Notes under the pieces: model-generated
What the model was told of the DNA's origin: nothing
The model's database searches: none
Seen by the model: only the letters and a program-made list of their open reading frames with translations
Translations under genes and position numbers: made by a program
DNA from: the human T2T-CHM13v2.0 reference genome, Homo sapiens
Strand: one strand, 5' to 3'
Assembly: GCF_009914755.1 (NCBI RefSeq)
Contig: NC_060929.1
Length of the DNA stretch: 64,000 bases
Shown: one piece after another, positions 51,132-64,000 of the stretch
Layout: each line of letters starts with the position of its first letter
Position numbering within the stretch: position 1 is the first letter of the stretch

Positions 51132-51451
51132 AAAGGTTAGTGGATAATCCTAAAAAGAAATGAAAATTTTTGTTTTTCTAACCAGAGCATTTTTCTACCA
51201 CAAACTTTAGAGTATCTGTCTTTCTCCAGGTGCCTGCATATACCCACCACCCCATCTGAAAAACCATCTCTTCAGTTTCAACAAACTTCACAAACTTTTT
51301 ATATACATGCTGACTTTCTGCCTTAATTGCTAACTCTGATTTTAAAGTCTACGCCATGTTTCAGCACCTCACATGTGCTGCCAATATTGATAGCTTTATA
51401 AGGCTCAGAGCCCTGGTTTAACCACTTAATGCCTAGTAGGCCTTGGTGGAA

Positions 51452-51842
51452 TGCCAAGCTTTAAATGAGTCCCTCAAAGTTCCTGTGTTGGAAACCTAAT
51501 CCCCAATGCAACAGGATTGAGGGGCATGACTTAATTAGAGGTCATGTGGGCTCTGCTCTCATGAATGCATTAATGTTGTTATTGTGGAAGTGGGTTAGTT
51601 ATCACAGGAGTGGATTGTTATAAAATTAACTTCAGTCTGCTCTTACTCTCTTGTTCTTACAGTTTCTTGCCCATCCACCTTATTCCATGGGATGACTTAG
51701 ATTGAACAAGAAGGTTCTCACCAGTTGCTGGCTTCATGTTCTAGGACTTCCCAGCCTCTAGACCTATGAGCCAAAAATGTTTTTTTTCTTTATAAATTAG
51801 TCTATCATATTCTGCCATAGCAACACAAAACACACTGAGACA
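51452..51842 (+). mobile_element. MST (MSTC/D-like) MaLR LTR
   Basis: tgttggaaacctaatccccaatgcaacag...gctctgctctcatgaatg...atagcaacacaaaacacactgagaca. Confidence 0.82.
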
Positions 51843-52356
51843 TAGAGGAAGCAAACTTTCCAAGCCTGCCCTGTTCCCTTGCCATTCTTGCCCCACACTA
51901 ATAAAATATTCCCAAGGATGTGAGCAAAAACATATACCTTCATGCCACTTTTGGTGTGTGTGCAGATGGGGTTATATTTCCTGACTATCATATATGGTAC
52001 TCCCCTTGAAAATTATGTATCTGCTTATTTAGACTAATTATGTATCTACATTTTTAGACTAAAAAATAGTATTACCTATTTTTTTCATCTATAACTCCAG
52101 TGAAATTACTGGAATAATTACACTTTGAAGGCATTCCAGCTGTTCAGTATTTATCATTCTGTGTATACAAAATAATATCATAACTTGTTTAATATATTTC
52201 CATATAGAGCTCATCACCAATATCACTTCTCAGATTATTATAGTCATACATATTATCCACCATCTCTGGCCATCTATTTTAACTTGAATTTCTGCAATGG
52301 ATTTCCAATTGGCTGTCCAGCTTCCACTTTCACCTTTAAGAAATCAATTGTGTACA

Positions 52357-52475
52357 CGGTAGCTAAAGGAAAAAAATATACATATGTATGTGTGTGTGTG
52401 TATATATGTGTATATGTGTGTATATACATATATGTGTATATGTGTGTATATACATATATGTGTATATGTGTGTAT

Positions 52476-52524
<49 letters not shown>
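52357..52524. repeat. Compound (TG)/(TA)/(CA) microsatellite
   Basis: About 170 bp of alternating purine-pyrimidine. Confidence 0.95.
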
Positions 52525-52526
<2 letters not shown>

Positions 52527-52829
52527 GTTGTTCCTTGGTATTAGTGGAGTATGGGTTTCAGGAGCCTGCGGAAATACAAAAATCATAAATGCTCAAGCTT
52601 CATATATAAAATGGCATGGAGTTTGCATATAACCTACCCATACTTTTCTATATGTTTTAAATGACCTCTAGATTACTTATATTACCTAATATATTATAAA
52701 TTCAATGTAAATAGTTATATTTGTATTTGTATAAATTTCTATTGTATTTTTTAAAATTTCTTTATTACTTTTGATCTATGGTTGCTTGAATCAGCTGGTG
52801 CAAAACCCATGGATATGAGAGGCTGACTG
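52525..52829. mobile_element. MER2 (Tigger/TcMar) DNA transposon
   Basis: Inverted termini AGTTGTTCCTTGGTAT and GGATATGAGAGGCTGACTG; internal tttgcatataacctac and ctagattacttatattacctaata. Confidence 0.85.
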
Positions 52830-53029
52830 AATATACACAAACATACGCATTCAAGTTTCTTCAAACTTAACATATGGTAAAGGTATAAAGCTGTCTTACT
52901 ATTTTCGAATAAAGTCCCACATTGTAAACTAAACTTGTTTTCCCAGGTGCTTGTTAATATATACAGATAAAGGTTTATATGGTAGGGCTCCATATTAAAC
53001 CCTACCAACCTCTCAGTCTAATACCTTGT

Positions 53030-55820
53030 TGTGATCTACTGTGTATGTCAATGCCATGCCAAAAGAGATAGCTGGCATTTGGCCTCAGTTTCTGGTAGGT
53101 AATATAGACCTTACCTAGTAAGAGTGCCTTTGTTTCAGGTGGGGATGGCCAAACCTCTATATCTTTAAATAGAGTTGTGGCTAATCATGCCAGAAAGACC
53201 AACAACAAGGCTTAGGTTGGGGTCACTGGGTCATGCAATATGAGTCAACTCAGAGGCTGAGCTACATCACATGGAAAAGTAATAAATCAATTATGTCTAC
53301 CCAAGGGATCCCCAGTAAAACTCCAAAGAGAGGATTGAGTGATTCTCATTGTTTGGCAGTACTCCGTGTGCACTGTTGCATATTGATATCTCAAAAGCAA
53401 GGTGCCCTGACTCTCCAAAGAGAGGACAACAAAATAATTTCATTTGGAACGTTTCTATATCTTCTTTTGGCTAATTTTAAACTGTATCACAGCTGTGAGA
53501 ATAATTACTTTCAGTGAGTTATGTGACTTGTTCTAGCAAAGTATTAAAGCTTAAGGGTCTTTTTGGAAACCCTCCAAAATTTCAGATGGCATTAGAAGTG
53601 AAAGCAGTTCTGTGGAGGATTTTGCCCTCAAACATTGCAGTTTGGTTAACTCTGAGCATTTGCTATGAGAAATGGGATGTGCTAAAAATAATCCTAACTT
53701 ATTGAACTATGTGGTTAAGAAAGAAGAAGGATGAGCGGGAAGGAATGACAAACCTCTTATTCCTGCACGGCCTTGAGGTGTCCCGTTTTGTGCAACTGTA
53801 GCTAGGCTGCAATCAGTTACTGGAGCAAAAGTTACCAATGAAATTTAGAAATCATGGGTCCAACTTCTGAGGAGTTGGCTCACTGGATGCATTAAGAAAT
53901 GTAAATAAGAAGAAAAAAGCAAAATTTGAAATCTCTGTTAAATGTTATCTATAATAACTAAAATAAAAGTAAGAGAGTATTGGTGTGGATCCTGATGCTG
54001 GGCCAACCTTGGATCTTGGCAGGTCAGAGCTTTGACCTCTAGCCTTAGAGCCACTACCGAAGAGAAAATTTATGCTAAGAAGACAATGAAGAAGACTGAG
54101 CAAATTTGCAAAAGAATGGAGAAGGCAAAATGAGAGAGTAAAGGGTTTCATCCAGCAGCCTGGACATCTTCATTTTTAGAGTTACTAAGAAAAGGAGTAA
54201 ATACAGTAGAAATTGATGAAGTCAAAACAGATAATATAGCACTCTCTGAAGTTGGATGGACAAATAGCCCCTGCTGATTTCACAATGTTGAAGAAATCTA
54301 AACAAATCTGCATATTTGCTCTACTTTAAAGAAATTTAAAGAGTCACAGGCAAAGATGGAAACTTAACCTTCAATTGGCTGGGACAGTAAGTCTGCAATC
54401 TAATCAAGATAGGAGCAGACAAGTAGTTATGGGTCCTTCACTGGGAATCCAAGGCTAAATGCATATGAGTGACTGAAATGGTAAGACAGGTAGAAGGTAG
54501 AAACAAATCTCAGACTTCTTGAAATGGAAATTCCATGTCCCGTGGTTACAACGTTTTGATGAAGGATACAATAATAAATAAATACAAATGGATATGTTTG
54601 AACAAACTTTGTGTAAAGTGGTTTTGTTTTCTTTCCCTAAATGTATTATGGGAATGGATATTGGGTCTGACTGGTGAATGTGTCCCCTGCCTAGTATTAT
54701 AAAGCAAACTGCATATAAACCAACCCTTTCCCAAATATCAATTGGCTATAGTAAATGGGAACCATAAGCCCATCCAGGTTGTTACTTTGCTGTATAATAA
54801 CTCTGTGTGGAAAACAGACTGGAGATTATGGCAAAAGTCTGTGAGTGCCACCCAGAAACAACTCTGAGATTTTGGACCAGAAAATTTCCATGTGGGAGGG
54901 AATTATTAGTTTGCTATTGAACATTAATTAAAACTGCCTCTACATCTAAAGGACATAATGTAACCATGAATCCTATTATTCCCATATTGTCTTGGGTGAT
55001 ATCAAAGAAACAGTCTAATAAGGAAAACAGTATCCCTAAGTGTTCCTTAATTAATTGGAAATAGTGTACACCGTAACATGCTACCAGGAGAATACAAGAA
55101 GGTACTCCTGAAGAGGCAGGCTCTGTTCCCTTAGGGATGATTTTGAACCCCTCTGAGGAGCTGTTAGTTATAGTGAGCACTTGGCCACTTAGAAACCAAC
55201 TCACAGCTCTTTGCTGACTAACAAAACATTGTTTGGTGTATAGGTGGCAGTTCCAAGGTGTATAGGCAGTATCCTATTTGGAAACAGGTACTCTGATTGA
55301 AGAAGATAAATGCAAATCAGCTCTGTGGGCTGTATTACATGTGGTTTGCCCTTGTGTTTTGTTTTTTATTGACTCAAGGCTGGTAAGTGATGGACTGGTC
55401 ATATGGTCATTCACAAGGGCTCATTAAAGACATGTCCATATGGGACATTGCCCTATGGGAATCACTATGGGAATTTAAGGAGTACACGAAAGCAGGACAT
55501 ATTAATACTTATCAGAAAATCCCCTTCCAAGACCCCTGCACCACAGGGAAAGAACAACAGAGCCCTATGTTTGGAGCCCTTATGAACTCTGCCCATGCCT
55601 CTGTTTCTGTGGCTGATTTTAATCTGTATCTCTCTATTCTTTTATAAGCTGTAACTGTGAAAGAAAGAGCTTTCAGTAAATTCTGAGTCCTCTTAACAAA
55701 TTGTTGAATCTGAGAATGGTTTGGGAACTCCCTGAACTTACTGTTGGTGTCCAAAGAGAGGGCAGTCTTGTGGAAGGCTGTGTGGCCTCTAACTTTATAA
55801 TTGGCCTCGAAGTCCTTGAA
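53030..55820 (+). mobile_element. Decayed ERVL-class provirus (MER21/MER68/MER77-like LTR, internal region, partial second LTR)
   Basis: 53440-53650 and 55570-55805 are similar LTR 3' halves. Between them are pol tether/RNase H-like relics: LRFWTR (about 54865), LLVCY*TL, PIIPILSWV, and text resembling DGSS, KSAxWA and FIDS at 55240-55380. Confidence 0.7.
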
Positions 55821-57444
55821 ACTACTTCAAGTCCTTCAGTGTAATTATTATTATTATTTTTTCTGCCATTACATTGCTCAAATTCTTATGATGAAATCCT
55901 AGTGAACCTTTATAAGTAAAAGTAGAGATTGAATTATCAAGTGAATTAAATTGACAGACACAGATGTTTGTGAATTATGGTATCTATACTTTGAAAAGAT
56001 GTTCACATGCAGTATATACACATACACATGCATAATGAATTTGTTGAGTTAATTTTGGTATCTAACAATTTTCATATAAAAATCTTAGCAAAATCTTTAG
56101 TCTTGTAGCCAAAAAATGAACTTTTGTCTTTTTTTGTTTTTTGATTATGTGTGGATTATTTTGCTTGGTGTTTTTTGCTCATAATACCTAAATGAAACAC
56201 ACAGTTTTCATGTACTGCTAATTTTAACTCATTTGATACAACTTGGGATTTCATAAACTTATTTTATCAGGGTGTTTACTGTTGTTATTTCTTTAGGCAC
56301 TATTACACCATTCATCCTAAATATACTTTTTTAACAAATATTTTGAGAAATCATCTTTTCTTTTGTTGAGTTTGAATTCTGTTTCCAGGTGGTAATGACT
56401 TTGAATTCTTGCTTCCATCGCTTACTAATTATGTAGCCGTGGCCAAGGTTCAGTTAGTCTCACATTTATTTCTAGGATAATTAAAGCAGTATCTTTCAAA
56501 ATAAATTATTATTTCTTTAATAATTGCTGTTATGCCTCAGGGAAAGTCTGTGACAATACAGTTTGAAAAATGCTTACTTCTATACATTATACAGTATTTC
56601 CTGCCCCCAACTTTTTCCACAGTTGTGCAGCATTCCTATTATTTGTGTCAATATAAGGGTTACATTCCAAAAACTCCAACATTTAGGATTCTAGAATTCA
56701 CTTGTGGATTCATTATTGTGTCTTCATTATACAGAAATGTGATCAGAAACATAGTTTTGGCAGAAGTACATTGGTCCCCTGTTTGTAGCTACTCAAGTAT
56801 TTTAGTGTTTAAAAACCTATACTTAGAATAATGAAGACATGGGCTCTTTTATATTTATTGACTGTGGCCATAAACTTTTCTATTTTATAAGCTTATTGTG
56901 GCCATGTGTTCTGACCTACTTTAAATACCTTTCTCCCATAGCTTGTTGCTTACCTCCTGTTTTACCACTAGATGGTACTCATATATTCTTGGTATATTTC
57001 AAATACACAACTTTATTTCTCTAATCAGTAGAATTTAAATAATTCAGAAATATAAATAACTCTAAATACCAACTTTAAATAAATTATACTTTTAAATGGC
57101 ATTTATTAAATTTAATTACAACTATATACTTATGTAAAAATCAAATGCTAAATGCAGATTTGTTTCTGCCTGTATTCCCTTTAATAAGTTTTTACTCTAT
57201 ATGTAGGAATGTAAAAATATAAGAATGATAATAATATTTATTTTACATTAAATGTATACGTGAATATTCTCCTTCCAAATTCTAATTCTTTGTATTGATG
57301 GGGTCTATATACCCCTGGATTTCTTCTTAATTAGGTATGTACAGTTTGCCTTTCCGTTAATCAGATAGTTTTCCGATGAAGCTATTGACTGTTAATTAGC
57401 TAATACATATGAATATTACCTTATATACGCTAAAACTGTTTTGG

Positions 57445-57640
57445 CTTAGTGTAATTCAAGCACTATTCTAAATATTTTACATTTGTTAAATAATTTATTG
57501 TTGCACCAACCAAATGAGGTAGGTATTGTTTAATCCTCATATGAGAAAACAGAATTAGAGAAATTAAGTAACTTCTCCATAGCCACATATCTGGTAATTT
57601 CTAGACATCGGAAGTTGTCTCTTTCAAATCTCAGAGTTGT
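57445..57640 (-). mobile_element. MIR SINE
   Basis: atgaggtaggtattgttt..catatgagaaaacagaattagagaaattaagtaacttctccatagccaca core. Confidence 0.7.
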
Positions 57641-58201
57641 AATTATTATACAATACTTCTAATACAATAACAATGGTGTTTTTATTATAAAACTTTCCAC
57701 TTTTCTGTACCAGTAGAAAAAATAATTGGGCTTAGGTATACCTGCTCAAATAGAGAAAAGGAAATATCTAGCTTTGTGGTCTTCATGGAAAGAAAACAGA
57801 TTAATATATACACACATAGTTCTTATGGGGTTACAAATTGAATGTTAAGAATCCATGTCAGGGTAATAAATTTTATTATCATGAATATAGCAACAGAATT
57901 TAATGCTTACCTCTTTATTTCTCTACTGCTTAATATGAATCTAGTGTTTCTGTATCAACTTTTTAACCTTTGCAGTTGAAAAGAAAAAAAAGCAAAGACT
58001 AGTTTAAAGTAAGAATGATAATAATAATGAATAATAACAGAAACCTGACTGTATCCATAGTATCTTTCTAGGCAGTTAGCTGAGTACAAAGTTATATTTT
58101 GAGCAGGTAGGCAAAAATTTTAATAACATATGACTTTAATTTGATTATCAACACTAAAAGGGAAAAGTTATACCTATTAATTTGCTTTATTAAAACAAAT
58201 T

Positions 58202-58515
58202 GGCCAGGTGTGGTGGCTCATGCCTATAACCCCAGCATTTTCAGAGGCCAAGGCGGAAACATCACCTGAGCCTAGGAATTTGAGACCAGCCTGGGAAACA
58301 TGGCAAACCCCATCTCTACAAAAAATAACAAAAAATGCTGGGCATGGTGGCACACACCTGTAGTCCCAGCTACTGTGGAGGCTGAGGAGGGAGGATATTT
58401 GAGCCCGAGAGGTTGAGGTTGCAGTGAGCAGTGATCATGCCACTGCACTCTAGCCTGGATGACAGAGTGAGACTGTCTCAAAATAAACAAATAAACGGAA
58501 TAAACTAAACTAAAA
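58202..58515 (+). mobile_element. AluJ-like element
   Basis: GGCCAGGTGTGGTGGCTCATGCC start, GGAGGATATTTGAGCCC, A-rich tail. Confidence 0.93.
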
Positions 58516-58755
58516 TAAAACAAGTTTCTTAATTTCAAATTCTTTAGTGGCTTTTTGGTCATAGAGATTATAAATCAAATGTAAATGGTATTTGATTTAG
58601 GAAATTATGGTTTTATATATGTAATGTGCTCTGAGAATTAAGAAACTATTAGGAAGAGTAAATCTCATCAGTATGTAGGGAGAAATATTGAACCTCAGAT
58701 GGCTAGTAGAAAAACAAAACTATCAAGAGCCATAAAATAAAAAGAATGTATTAAC

Positions 58756-58756
<1 letters not shown>

Positions 58757-58793
<37 letters not shown>

Positions 58794-58813
58794 TATATGT
58801 GTGTGTGTGTATA
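58757..58813. repeat. (TA)n(CA)n(TG)n microsatellite
   Basis: Directly visible. Confidence 0.9.
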
Positions 58814-58850
58814 CAATTTTACAACTAAATATGTATATATAGGCACACAA

Positions 58851-60894
58851 TTTTTTTCAAATTTTATTTTAGGTTCAGGGAATAGATATACAGGTTTGTT
58901 AATGGGTCAATTGTGTGTCACTGGGATTTGTCATACAAATTGTTTTGTTACTCAGGAAGTGAGCACAGTAAATGATAGGTAGTTTTTCAATCTTCACCCT
59001 CTTCTCGCCCTCCAGCCTCAAGTAAGCCCTGGTGTCTATTGTTCCCATATTTATATCCATGGGTGCTTAAGGTTTAGCTCCCATTTAAAACTAAGAACAT
59101 GCCAAATTTGGTTTTCTATTCCTGCCTTAATTCACTTAGGATAATGGTTTCTAGCTTCATCCATGTTGCTACAAATGACAAGATTTTTTTTTCTTATTAT
59201 GGCTTTGTAGTATTTCATGGGTTATAGTTACCACATTTTCTTTATCCAGTCCGCTGTTGATGAGCATGTAGGTCTATTCTATGTCTTCACTAGTGTGAAA
59301 AGTGCTGCAATGAACATAAGAATGCATGTGTTTTTATGGTAGAATGATTTATTTTCTTTTGGATATGTATACCCAGTAATGGTACTGCTGAGTCATATGG
59401 CAATTCTGTTTAAGTTCTTTAAGAGACCTTCAAACTCTTTACCACAGTAGCTAAAATAACTTACCTTCCCACCAACAGTAAATAAGTGTTCCCTTTTCTC
59501 TGCAACTTTGACAAGACAAAATCTGCTTTTATTTTTTATTTTATTTTACTACCTTTTAATAATAGCCTTTTTGACTGGTATCATGGTATTTAATTGTGGT
59601 TTTGATTCACATTTCTCTAATGATCAGTGATATTGAACATTTTTTCATATACTTGTTGGCCACGAGTATGTCTTCTTTTGAGAAGTGTTTGTTGATATCT
59701 TTGCCCATTTTTTAATGAGTTGTTTGTTTTTTTGCTTGTTGATTTGTCTGTATTCCTTATAGATTCTGGATATTACATATTTGTTGGATTCGTAGTTTGC
59801 AAATTTTTTTTCCATGCTGTAGATCTGTTTATAGTTTATTTTGCTGTGCAGAAGCTCTTTAGATTAATTAGGTCTCATTCATCAATTTTTATTTTTGTTG
59901 CAATTGCTTGGAGTCTTTGTCATAAAGTCTTTGTCTTGGCCTATGTACAGATGGTATCTCCTAGGTTTCCATGATTGGTTTTTAAATTCTTAGGTTTTAT
60001 GTTTAACTCTTTAACCCATTTTGATTTGATTTTTCTATATGGCAAAGGGAAAAAATCCAGTTTCAATCTTCTGCATATGGCAAGCCAGTCATTGAAGCAC
60101 CAGTTATTGAATATGGATTCCTTTCTCCTTGATTGTTACTGTTGATTTTTTTGAAGACCAAATGGTTTTAGGCTTGTGGCTTTATTTCTGTGTTCTCTAA
60201 CTTATTCCATTGTCCTATATGTGTGTTTTTCTACCATTACCATGCTGTTTTGGTTACTGTAGCCTTGAAGTATAGTTTGAAGTCAGGAAACGTGATGCCT
60301 CCAGTTTTGTTCTTTTTGTTTTGGATTATTTTGGCTATTCAAGATCTATTTGGTTTATATAAATTTTTAAGAACTTTTTTCTAATTCCATAAAAAAATGG
60401 TGTTGGTATTATGACAGCATGGAATCAGTATATTGCTTTGGTTATTTGAAATATATTGATTTTTCCTATCCCGGAGCATGAAATATTTTTCCATTTGTTT
60501 GTATCATCTCCCATTTCTTTGAGTAGTGTCTGGTAATTATCATTGTGGAGAACTCAAGCCTCCATGATTAACTCCATTTCTAGGTATTTTATTCTGTCTG
60601 TGGCTTTTGTGAATGGGACTGCATTCTTGATTTTACTCAGTTTGGTGGTTATTGGTGTATAGAAAAGCTACTAATTTTTGTCCATTGATTTTGTAATCTG
60701 AAACTTTACTGAAGTATTTTATCAGTTCTCAGCATCAGTGAGCAGATACCATGGGTTTTTCTAGGTATAGAATGGTGTCGTCTGTGAAAAGAGACAGTTT
60801 GATTTCCTCTCTTTCTATTTGGATGCCTTTTATTTACTTCTCTTGCCCAATTGTTCTGGCTAAGGCTCCAGTAATGTGTTGAATAGGAGTGATG
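58851..60894 (-). mobile_element. L1P/L1PB 3' half (non-inverted arm)
   Basis: T-rich tail at 58851, antisense 3'UTR and ORF2 back to gttgaataggagtgatg (SLLFN of RT). Confidence 0.92.
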
Positions 60895-60896
60895 TA

Positions 60897-61973
60897 CAGG
60901 GACAGTTTATAGTGCTAAAAATCTATATCAAAAAGTTAGAAAGAATGAAAATTAATAATCTAACATCACACTGAGAGGAACTAGAAAAACAAGAGCAAAC
61001 CATACCCAAAACTAGCAGAAGAAAATAGTCAAAATCAAAACTGAACCAAATGAAATTAAGAAATTAAAGCAATGATCTGTACAAAAGATTAATAAAACCA
61101 AAAGTTGGTTAGTTGAAATAATTAATAAGATTAATAGAACACTAGCTAGACTAGTAAAGAAAAACAGAGAGAAGATTCAAATAAGCAGAATCAGAAATGA
61201 CAAAGATGACATTACCACTGAAGTGCACAGAAATACAAGGGGCCCTAATAAACCATTATGAACACCTCTATGCACACAAACTAGAAAACCTAGAAGAAAC
61301 AGATAGATTCCTGAAAGCATAAAACCTCCCAAAATTGAACCAGGAAGAAACAATACCAGGACAGACCAACAATGAGTTCCAAAATTGAATTAGTAAAAAA
61401 AATACCTACCAACCAGAAGAAGCCCTGGACCAGACGGAGTTACAGCTGAATTTTAACCAACATATAAAAAAAAGCTGATAACAATCTTACTGAAACTTTT
61501 CCCAAAAATCCAGGAGGAATTCCTCCCAAATTCATTCTATGATGCTAGCTTCATTTTTATATTAAAAACTGGCACAGATACAACAAAAAGAAGACTTTAT
61601 GTCAATATCCCTGATGAATATAAATGCAAAACTTCTCAACAAAATACTTGGAGATCATCAAATCTAGCAACACATCGAAAAGATAATTCTCTATGGTCAA
61701 GTAGGCTTTTTTCGTGGGATGCAAGGTTGGTTCAACATACACAAATCAATAAATGTGATTCATCACATAAACAAACTAAAAACAAAAACCACTTGACCAT
61801 CTTAATAGGTGAAGAAAATACTTCTTACAAAATGAAATATCCCTTTATGTTAAAAACCCTCAACAATCTAGGAATCAGAGGAACATAATGGAAAATAATG
61901 AGTCATCTCTGATAAACCCACAGCCAACACCATACTGAATAGGCAAAAGCTGGAAGCATTTTCCTTGTGAATG
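60897..61973 (+). mobile_element. L1 ORF2 segment (inverted arm of the same L1)
   Basis: From ggacagtttatagtgctaaa (RGxFIxL) through gggatgcaaggttggttcaac (GMQGWFN) to aagctggaagcattttccttg (KLEAFxL). Confidence 0.9.
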
Positions 61974-62049
61974 CGATAATGGTAGTGTCATCACCAGATC
62001 CTGGGAAGAGTACGGGGTGTGGGGATGGTTTGTTAATGGGAGTATAATC

Positions 62050-62985
62050 CTTCTCTTACTATTTAATTTTAGTGAGTAGATAGTAGGTATATATATTTAT
62101 TGGGTACATTAAATATTTGAAAATAGGTGTACAATGTATAGTAATGATATGAGGGTAAAATAGGGTTTTTCTCACATCAAATATGTATCCTTTCCATGTG
62201 TTACAAACATTCCAAATATAAACTTTTAGTTATTTTAAAATGTATAATAAACTAGCACTGACTGTAGTCACCCTGTTGTTGTGCTATCAAATACTAGATC
62301 TTATGAATTCTATCTAGCTATATTTGTGTAGCCATTAGCCACCCCCACTTTCCCTCAACATTACCCATCCCAGCATCAGGTAAACATCATTCTATTCTCT
62401 ATCACCATGAGTTCAATTGTTTTAATTTTTAGCTCCTATGAAGAAGTGAGAAGATGCTATTTTTTTTTTCTGTGCTTGGCTTATGTCAGTTAACCATGTC
62501 CTCTAGTTCCATTCGTGTTGTTTCAAATGACAACATCTTATTTTTTTTTATAGCTTAATAGTACTTCACTGTGTATATGTACCACATTTTCTTTATCCAT
62601 TCAACTGTTGATGGACACTTAGGTTGATTCCAAATCTTGACTATTGTGAATAGTGATGCAATATACATGGAGGTATATTGCATATATACCTTTGATATAT
62701 TTATTTCCTTGCCAGCATTTGTTACTGTCTATCTTTCAGATATGAGCCATTTTAACTGAGTGACATCAAAACTCTTTCAGGGTAGTTTTGATTTGCATTT
62801 CTCTGATGATCATTGATGTCGATCACCTTTTCATATACCTGTTTGACATTTGTATGCTTTCAGAAATGTTTACACAAAACTTTTGCTCATTTTTAGTAGA
62901 ATTCTTAAATTTTTTGTTACTGAGTTTTTTGAGCTCTATCTAGATTCTGGTTATTATTTCAGATAAACTAGTTTGCAAATAATTA
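62050..62985 (-). mobile_element. L1MA 3' end
   Basis: gtaggtatatatatttattgggtacat...gactgtagtcaccctgttg...gatggacacttaggttgattccaaatcttg. Confidence 0.85.
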
Positions 62986-62989
62986 GTAT

Positions 62990-64000
62990 GCTAATAATTC
63001 ATCCCTTTGAATATATCATCCCATTTTCCCTGGCCTTTAAAGTTTCTGCTGAAAAACCCACCATTAATCTGATATGGTACTACTTATAACTGACTAGTTG
63101 ATTTTCTCTTACCATTTCAGAATTCTTTGTCTGACTTTTGGCAATTTGTTTACAATGTGCCAATAAAAAGATCTTTTTAAATTTTCTATTTTGACCTCTG
63201 AGCTTCCTGTATATAAATATCTCAATCTCTTGCTAGACTTGAGAAATTTTCAGCCATTATTTTGTTGCATTGGTTTTCTATTCCTTTCATTTTTTTCATC
63301 TCCTTCAAGGACACTAAAAATTAGAACACTGATTCCTTTATGATGCTCCATATGTCATGTAAAATTTATTCATTTTTAACCACTTTTTTCTTTATTTTTT
63401 CCTTTTTGACTCTGTTATGTTCAAAGGCTTACCTTCAATTTCTGGCATTCTTTCTTATTCTTGACCTAGACTATTGCTAAAGCTTTCAAATGCATTTTGT
63501 GTTTTACTCAATAAATTCTTCAGTTTCAGGAACTCTCTTTAGTTCTTTATTATAATATCTAATCTCTTCATACATTTCTTATTTATATCCTGAATTGTTT
63601 TTCTGATTTATTTGTACTGTACTGTTTATCTGTGTTCTCTTCTATCTCATTGACTTTTTGTAATTACTATTTTTTGAATGTTTTTCAGAATATTATTATA
63701 TTTTTAATTGGAATCTATAGCTGGAGACTTATTGTGTTTCTTTGGAGCTGTCATATATACTTGCTTTTCCATTTCTTCTCATTTCTTACATTGGTATTTG
63801 TGCATCAAGTTTAATAGTTGCTTCATCCAATTTAAAACATTTGCTTTCATAAAGGAGGATTTTTTTCCTGAGCACATATCTATAACATTGGATGGGTAGA
63901 GTACTTTGACTTTGATTCTAGGTGGGCACAGCGGTGTCTTTATATAATTGTTTTTCAGCTCCAAAAAAGTCAGTGGTGTCTGTAATTTCCTCAGTGGTTT
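62990..64000 (-). mobile_element. Old L1M ORF1-region fragment
   Basis: aagtttctgctgaaaaacccacc, tgctagacttgagaaattttcagccattatt, ctattgctaaagctttcaaatgcatttt. Confidence 0.7.

Noticed and set aside
52185-52588. Several Y/I/C/V/T/H-rich ORFs
   Set aside because: Dinucleotide microsatellite translations.

Overview
Primate (human-like) AT-rich, repeat-dominated intergenic or intronic DNA. It is a layered patchwork of L1 (old L1M and younger L1P), Alu, MaLR LTRs (THE1/MST/MLT1), ERV LTRs (LTR12C, LTR10 with PBS and leader, two MER50, MER31-like, MLT2), a decayed ERVL provirus, MER2, MIR and microsatellites. I find no intact protein-coding gene; the long ORFs supplied lie in the GC-rich LTR12C, or in L1, Alu or microsatellites. 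Gene-derived sequences are a spliced, frameshifted, 3'-truncated ADH5 retrocopy (31950-32326), a Y3 RNA pseudogene (45892-45990), and an unidentified ~1.1 kb polyadenylated retrocopy with a perfect 13-bp TSD (22573-23677). A short GST-like relic (47261-47520) is speculative. I see no convincing evidence of a new biological system. Subfamily calls are made by eye from remembered consensus motifs, and boundaries of old repeats are approximate.
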